DNA of 63,570 nucleotides, counting the filler, from Bdellovibrionota bacterium (GTDB lineage Bacteria > Bdellovibrionota > Bdellovibrionia > Bdellovibrionales > JAEYZS01), in assembly GCA_963169515.1 (NCBI GenBank). It is 4 parts of 4 records of this genome, joined end to end, with 100 filler letters (N's around TTAATTAATTAA, not from the genome) between each part and the next. Parts side by side here need not be neighbours in the genome. Positions count along the whole stretch, not along the records: positions 56,574 to 63,570 come from CAUJEF010000033.1; 3 more parts are not named here. The stretch is one strand, 5' to 3'. Within the stretch, counting starts at the first letter, position 1, and every line of letters begins with the position of its first letter. Positions 60,617-63,570 of the stretch are shown here, in pieces. The translations under genes were made by a program, and so were the position numbers. Below the pieces are notes generated by a model. That model worked only from the letters and a program-made list of their open reading frames with translations, made no database searches and was not told where the DNA came from.

Positions 60617-61993
60617 TTATTTAAAACCCAAGTCAACAATGGTCCCAACAAGGTCGTAATCCATTGCTTCGGTAATTTGAACTTTTACGATGTCACCTTG
60701 TTTGGCCGTCCCCTCATTTATATAAACAATTCCATCAATGTCGGGAGCTTGCTGAGACGTTCTCCCTTGAAGCAGCAGCTCTGATTCTTCCGAGATTCCA
60801 TCGATGATGACATCCACCGTTTTCCCCACGAGTTTTTGCTGGCCATCCTTACTAATCGACAACTGTAAGCTCATCAGGCGGTGGAATCGATCTTCTTTCA
60901 CGGATTCATCAACTTGGTTTGCCATTTTACCGCCCGGAGTTCCCTCTTCTGGTGAATACTTAAAACATCCTACGCGATCGAACCGTTGTTCTGCCACAAA
61001 ATCCATCAGTTCTTGAAAGTGTTCTTCGGTTTCGCCCGGAAAGCCTACAATAAATTGCGTTCGAATGACCGCCTCTGGAATTTCAATTCGAATCATATCG
61101 AGCACCCGCACGACTTCTTCCCGCGTCATCTTACGATTCATAACTTTTAGCATTTCGTTGTTGATGTGCTGTAAGGGCATATCAAAGTACTTCACAAGAT
61201 TTGCACGTTCTTTTATCAGCTTTATCATCTCTGGCGTAATTCCATCTGGGTATAAATACAATAAACGAATCCAATCCAGTCCTTTAACGTCAGACAGCTG
61301 GCGCAAAAGTTCTTCCGGAGACTCCTTTGCTTCCGCATTTTTACGTCTAAGATCCCAACCATAATCAGTAAAATCGTGAGAAATTACATCTATTTCCCGA
61401 ACCCCACTTGCAACCAATAGCTTAGCTTCACTTACCACCCCCTCTATGTTGCGAGATTGAAGATTTCCACGGATCTTGGGAATTGCGCAAAACGCACAGC
61501 GCTTAAGACAGCCCTCAGAAATTTTTAAGTACGCCCGATGTGACAGTTGAGAGTTTACCCGTGGAGAACTGTCTTGTTGCAGGTACGTTGGTAAATTAAA
61601 AAATGTTTTTTCTAATGGATTGGATCGATTTTTATCTAAAATTTCCACAATGTTTTGAAATTCCCCAGAGCCAATAAACACGTCAGCCTCTGGCAAATCT
61701 TCAACCAAAGAATCCCTGTACCTTTGCGTAAGGCACCCCGCCACAACAAGTTGCTTTAATTTTCCGCTTCCTTTCAGTTCCGCCATTTCAAAAATGGTAG
61801 AGAGTGACTCTTTCTTGGCGTCTTCGATAAATCCACACGTGTTCACAACAACTGTTTCGGCGTCTTCTGCGCTGCCTGTAATTTGGTAGTCTGCATTTAA
61901 AAGTGAGCCGATCATGATTTCAGAATCAACTAAGTTCTTCGGACACCCAAGGCTTACGAAATGAACTTTTCTTTTCTCTGTAGAGCTGTCCAT
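60617..61993 (-). CDS. rimO: Ribosomal protein S12 methylthiotransferase
   Basis: SLGCPKNLVDSE, NTCGFI, CLKRCAFC, TRAM domain APDIDG. Confidence 0.96.
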   Translation of the reverse strand: MDSSTEKRKVHFVSLGCPKNLVDSEIMIGSLLNADYQITGSAEDAETVVVNTCGFIEDAKKESLSTIFEMAELKGSGKLKQLVVAGCLTQRYRDSLVEDLPEADVFIGSGEFQNIVEILDKNRSNPLEKTFFNLPTYLQQDSSPRVNSQLSHRAYLKISEGCLKRCAFCAIPKIRGNLQSRNIEGVVSEAKLLVASGVREIDVISHDFTDYGWDLRRKNAEAKESPEELLRQLSDVKGLDWIRLLYLYPDGITPEMIKLIKERANLVKYFDMPLQHINNEMLKVMNRKMTREEVVRVLDMIRIEIPEAVIRTQFIVGFPGETEEHFQELMDFVAEQRFDRVGCFKYSPEEGTPGGKMANQVDESVKEDRFHRLMSLQLSISKDGQQKLVGKTVDVIIDGISEESELLLQGRTSQQAPDIDGIVYINEGTAKQGDIVKVQITEAMDYDLVGTIVDLGFK

Positions 61994-61994
61994 C

Positions 61995-62654
61995 TTAATT
62001 CATTTCCGATACTTCTGCGTTTTTTGGCGGCTTAAATGTGAATAGTTTTTTATCTACGCTCTGCAAAACCTTTTCATTTTCAAATGCGTAGATCGTTTCG
62101 TTTTCTAAACTATCCGTGTATGCAATTGAACTGATGATCTTGTCTGCTGGATCCACAACTACCTTCACTGTTTTTAGATCAACAACAGACCCTTTTGGGG
62201 TCAACGTATACGTTATCATATTTTTCTTATGTTCTTTTTTTGAAATTTTAAAGTGTTTCATAAAATCCCCGTCACCCATCAAAAACTTCAAAAGAACTTG
62301 CGATCGAATTTGGTCTTTGTATTTAGAATGGAGAACCTGCACTTTTGTATCTTCAAAATCAGGATAGTCGACCACCCAAACGTCTTTCCCGTCCATTACA
62401 ATGAGCGACCGGCTGGGCTCTGTTATTTCAAGTCTAAACTTTCCGCTTCCTGAAAGATACAGCTTCCCTTTTGACGTTTTTTTCTTTTTTAAAACGGAAA
62501 GCTTGAGATCTTTTTTAACATCGATTTGAATGTTTCCACCGTTGGCGTAGCGCTCATGAACCTCGGATAAAACGTCCGGCCCCTTTGCCGCGTCTGCAAC
62601 CGAAAACTGTGTGCCAATAATCTGAACGGTCATGGCTAGCGCTAAAAGCATCAT
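61995..62654 (-). CDS. lolA: Outer membrane lipoprotein carrier LolA
   Basis: Signal peptide, GKFRLEITEP, IVMDGKDVW, FTFKPPKNAEV. Confidence 0.8.
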   Translation of the reverse strand: MMLLALAMTVQIIGTQFSVADAAKGPDVLSEVHERYANGGNIQIDVKKDLKLSVLKKKKTSKGKLYLSGSGKFRLEITEPSRSLIVMDGKDVWVVDYPDFEDTKVQVLHSKYKDQIRSQVLLKFLMGDGDFMKHFKISKKEHKKNMITYTLTPKGSVVDLKTVKVVVDPADKIISSIAYTDSLENETIYAFENEKVLQSVDKKLFTFKPPKNAEVSEMN

Positions 62655-62682
62655 ATCCCCAACATACAAAGTAATTGCCGCG

Positions 62683-63318
62683 TTATATCAAGGCCGCCGG
62701 ATTACGGCAAGCAAGACACCATAATTCGAAGTCTTTGGGTGATCCCAGCGCCTCATAAGCCTTTAATGCCGTTGACCCCGTGGTAATGATGTCGTCGACT
62801 AGTATAACCACCTGATTTTTCATTTCTTTTTTGTACAGCCCCCGCCCCACCATTCTTGCGCTCGCTCTGTCTTTTTTACCCTTTTCTCTCTGTTTTCCCT
62901 GTTTATCTTGCCATATTAAAGTATTTTTGGGGGTTGTTTTATAGAGGTGTGCAATTTCATAGGCCAAGTAATAAGCGTGATCTTGATCCCCCTGCCGAGT
63001 TGCCGGAGTCGGAATCACAACCGGGCGACCAATGAGGCCCCGCTCAAAAGTTAGAAGCTCTGCAAACCTTTTATGAAAAGCAGAGGTCCTCGGATTTTTT
63101 AAACAAATCAACAGTGAATTCAGTAGCGGGCTTTGATCCGCAACCCATTCAAACAGATAAAAAATAGGAAACGGAAGCGAGTTGTAATTGGCAATTCGTC
63201 TTGGGCGTTTAATTCGGTGAAGGATGGCCCAACACTTACGACAAAGAAGGCCGTCCACCTGAAATTCGCCACCACAGTAACAACAGGATCGAAGAGACAA
63301 TGTAATTTTGAAATGCAT
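62683..63318 (-). CDS. comF: ComF-family zinc-ribbon/PRTase protein
   Basis: CYCG...LCRKC, VILVDDIITTGST. Confidence 0.75.
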   Translation of the reverse strand: MHFKITLSLRSCCYCGGEFQVDGLLCRKCWAILHRIKRPRRIANYNSLPFPIFYLFEWVADQSPLLNSLLICLKNPRTSAFHKRFAELLTFERGLIGRPVVIPTPATRQGDQDHAYYLAYEIAHLYKTTPKNTLIWQDKQGKQREKGKKDRASARMVGRGLYKKEMKNQVVILVDDIITTGSTALKAYEALGSPKDFELWCLACRNPAALI

Positions 63319-63400
63319 ATTGCTTTCTATGCATTTTCGCCGTGCCCTTGGGTTCCCGTTAAGGTTGATCCGCCATTTATTGGGTCCGAAATACGGATTT

Positions 63401-63570
63401 TTACGGCCGGATCAGTGAATGTCCCGTCATTTCTTTTGGAATGGGTATATCCATAATTTCCAGTATTGTGGGGGCAACGTCTGCCAAAATGCCATCTTTT
63501 AGGCTTTTTTTTCTACTGTCTTTTGAAATCCAAAGAAACGGAACGGGGTTTAGTGAGTGCTGCGTATGTG
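63401..63570 (-). CDS. gpmI: 2,3-BPG-independent phosphoglycerate mutase, C-terminal part
   Basis: Manual translation [11 protein letters not shown]...[14 protein letters not shown]...EMTGHSL. Confidence 0.9.
   Translation of the reverse strand, partial: HTQHSLNPVPFLWISKDSRKKSLKDGILADVAPTILEIMDIPIPKEMTGHSLIRP

Noticed and set aside
63320..63350. GGCAC...TGC upstream of comF as a sigma54 promoter
   Set aside because: GG-to-GC spacing is 12, not 10

Overview
Bacterial draft-genome window. Gene content and style suggest a Bdellovibrionota/deltaproteobacterial-type organism (inference). It consists of four contigs joined by artificial 100-nt N/TTAATTAATTAA linkers at 24661-24760, 49375-49474 and 56474-56573, so synteny across the linkers is meaningless. 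Contig 1: dcw cluster (mraZ to murB) with MraZ-box repeats, tdk-hpt, a mixed DUF4160/BrnA-type toxin-antitoxin-like pair, an M14 carboxypeptidase and a Glt/AgmU-like TPR/beta-barrel envelope operon. Contig 2: exbBD, lipA-E2-lpdA-lipB, sfsA, dsbA, ygfZ, a single-chain pyruvate dehydrogenase E1, an orphan ABC ATPase preceded by a candidate sRNA/attenuator, trxB, ferredoxin, trmB, a likely sigma54-driven S8 protease and several apparent pseudoenzymes. Contig 3, the most striking accessory locus: a phosphonate biosynthesis operon (CyTase-PepM, Ppd, Fe-ADH/Pdh, NTP-transferase, CDP-alcohol phosphotransferase) between an O-antigen ligase and a glycosyltransferase, predicting 2-hydroxyethylphosphonate decoration of a surface glycan or lipid. 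Contig 4: cNMP protein, AI-2E transporter, bamD, TPR protein, divergent second hpt, an unannotated 26-aa membrane peptide, rimO, lolA, comF and the gpmI end.
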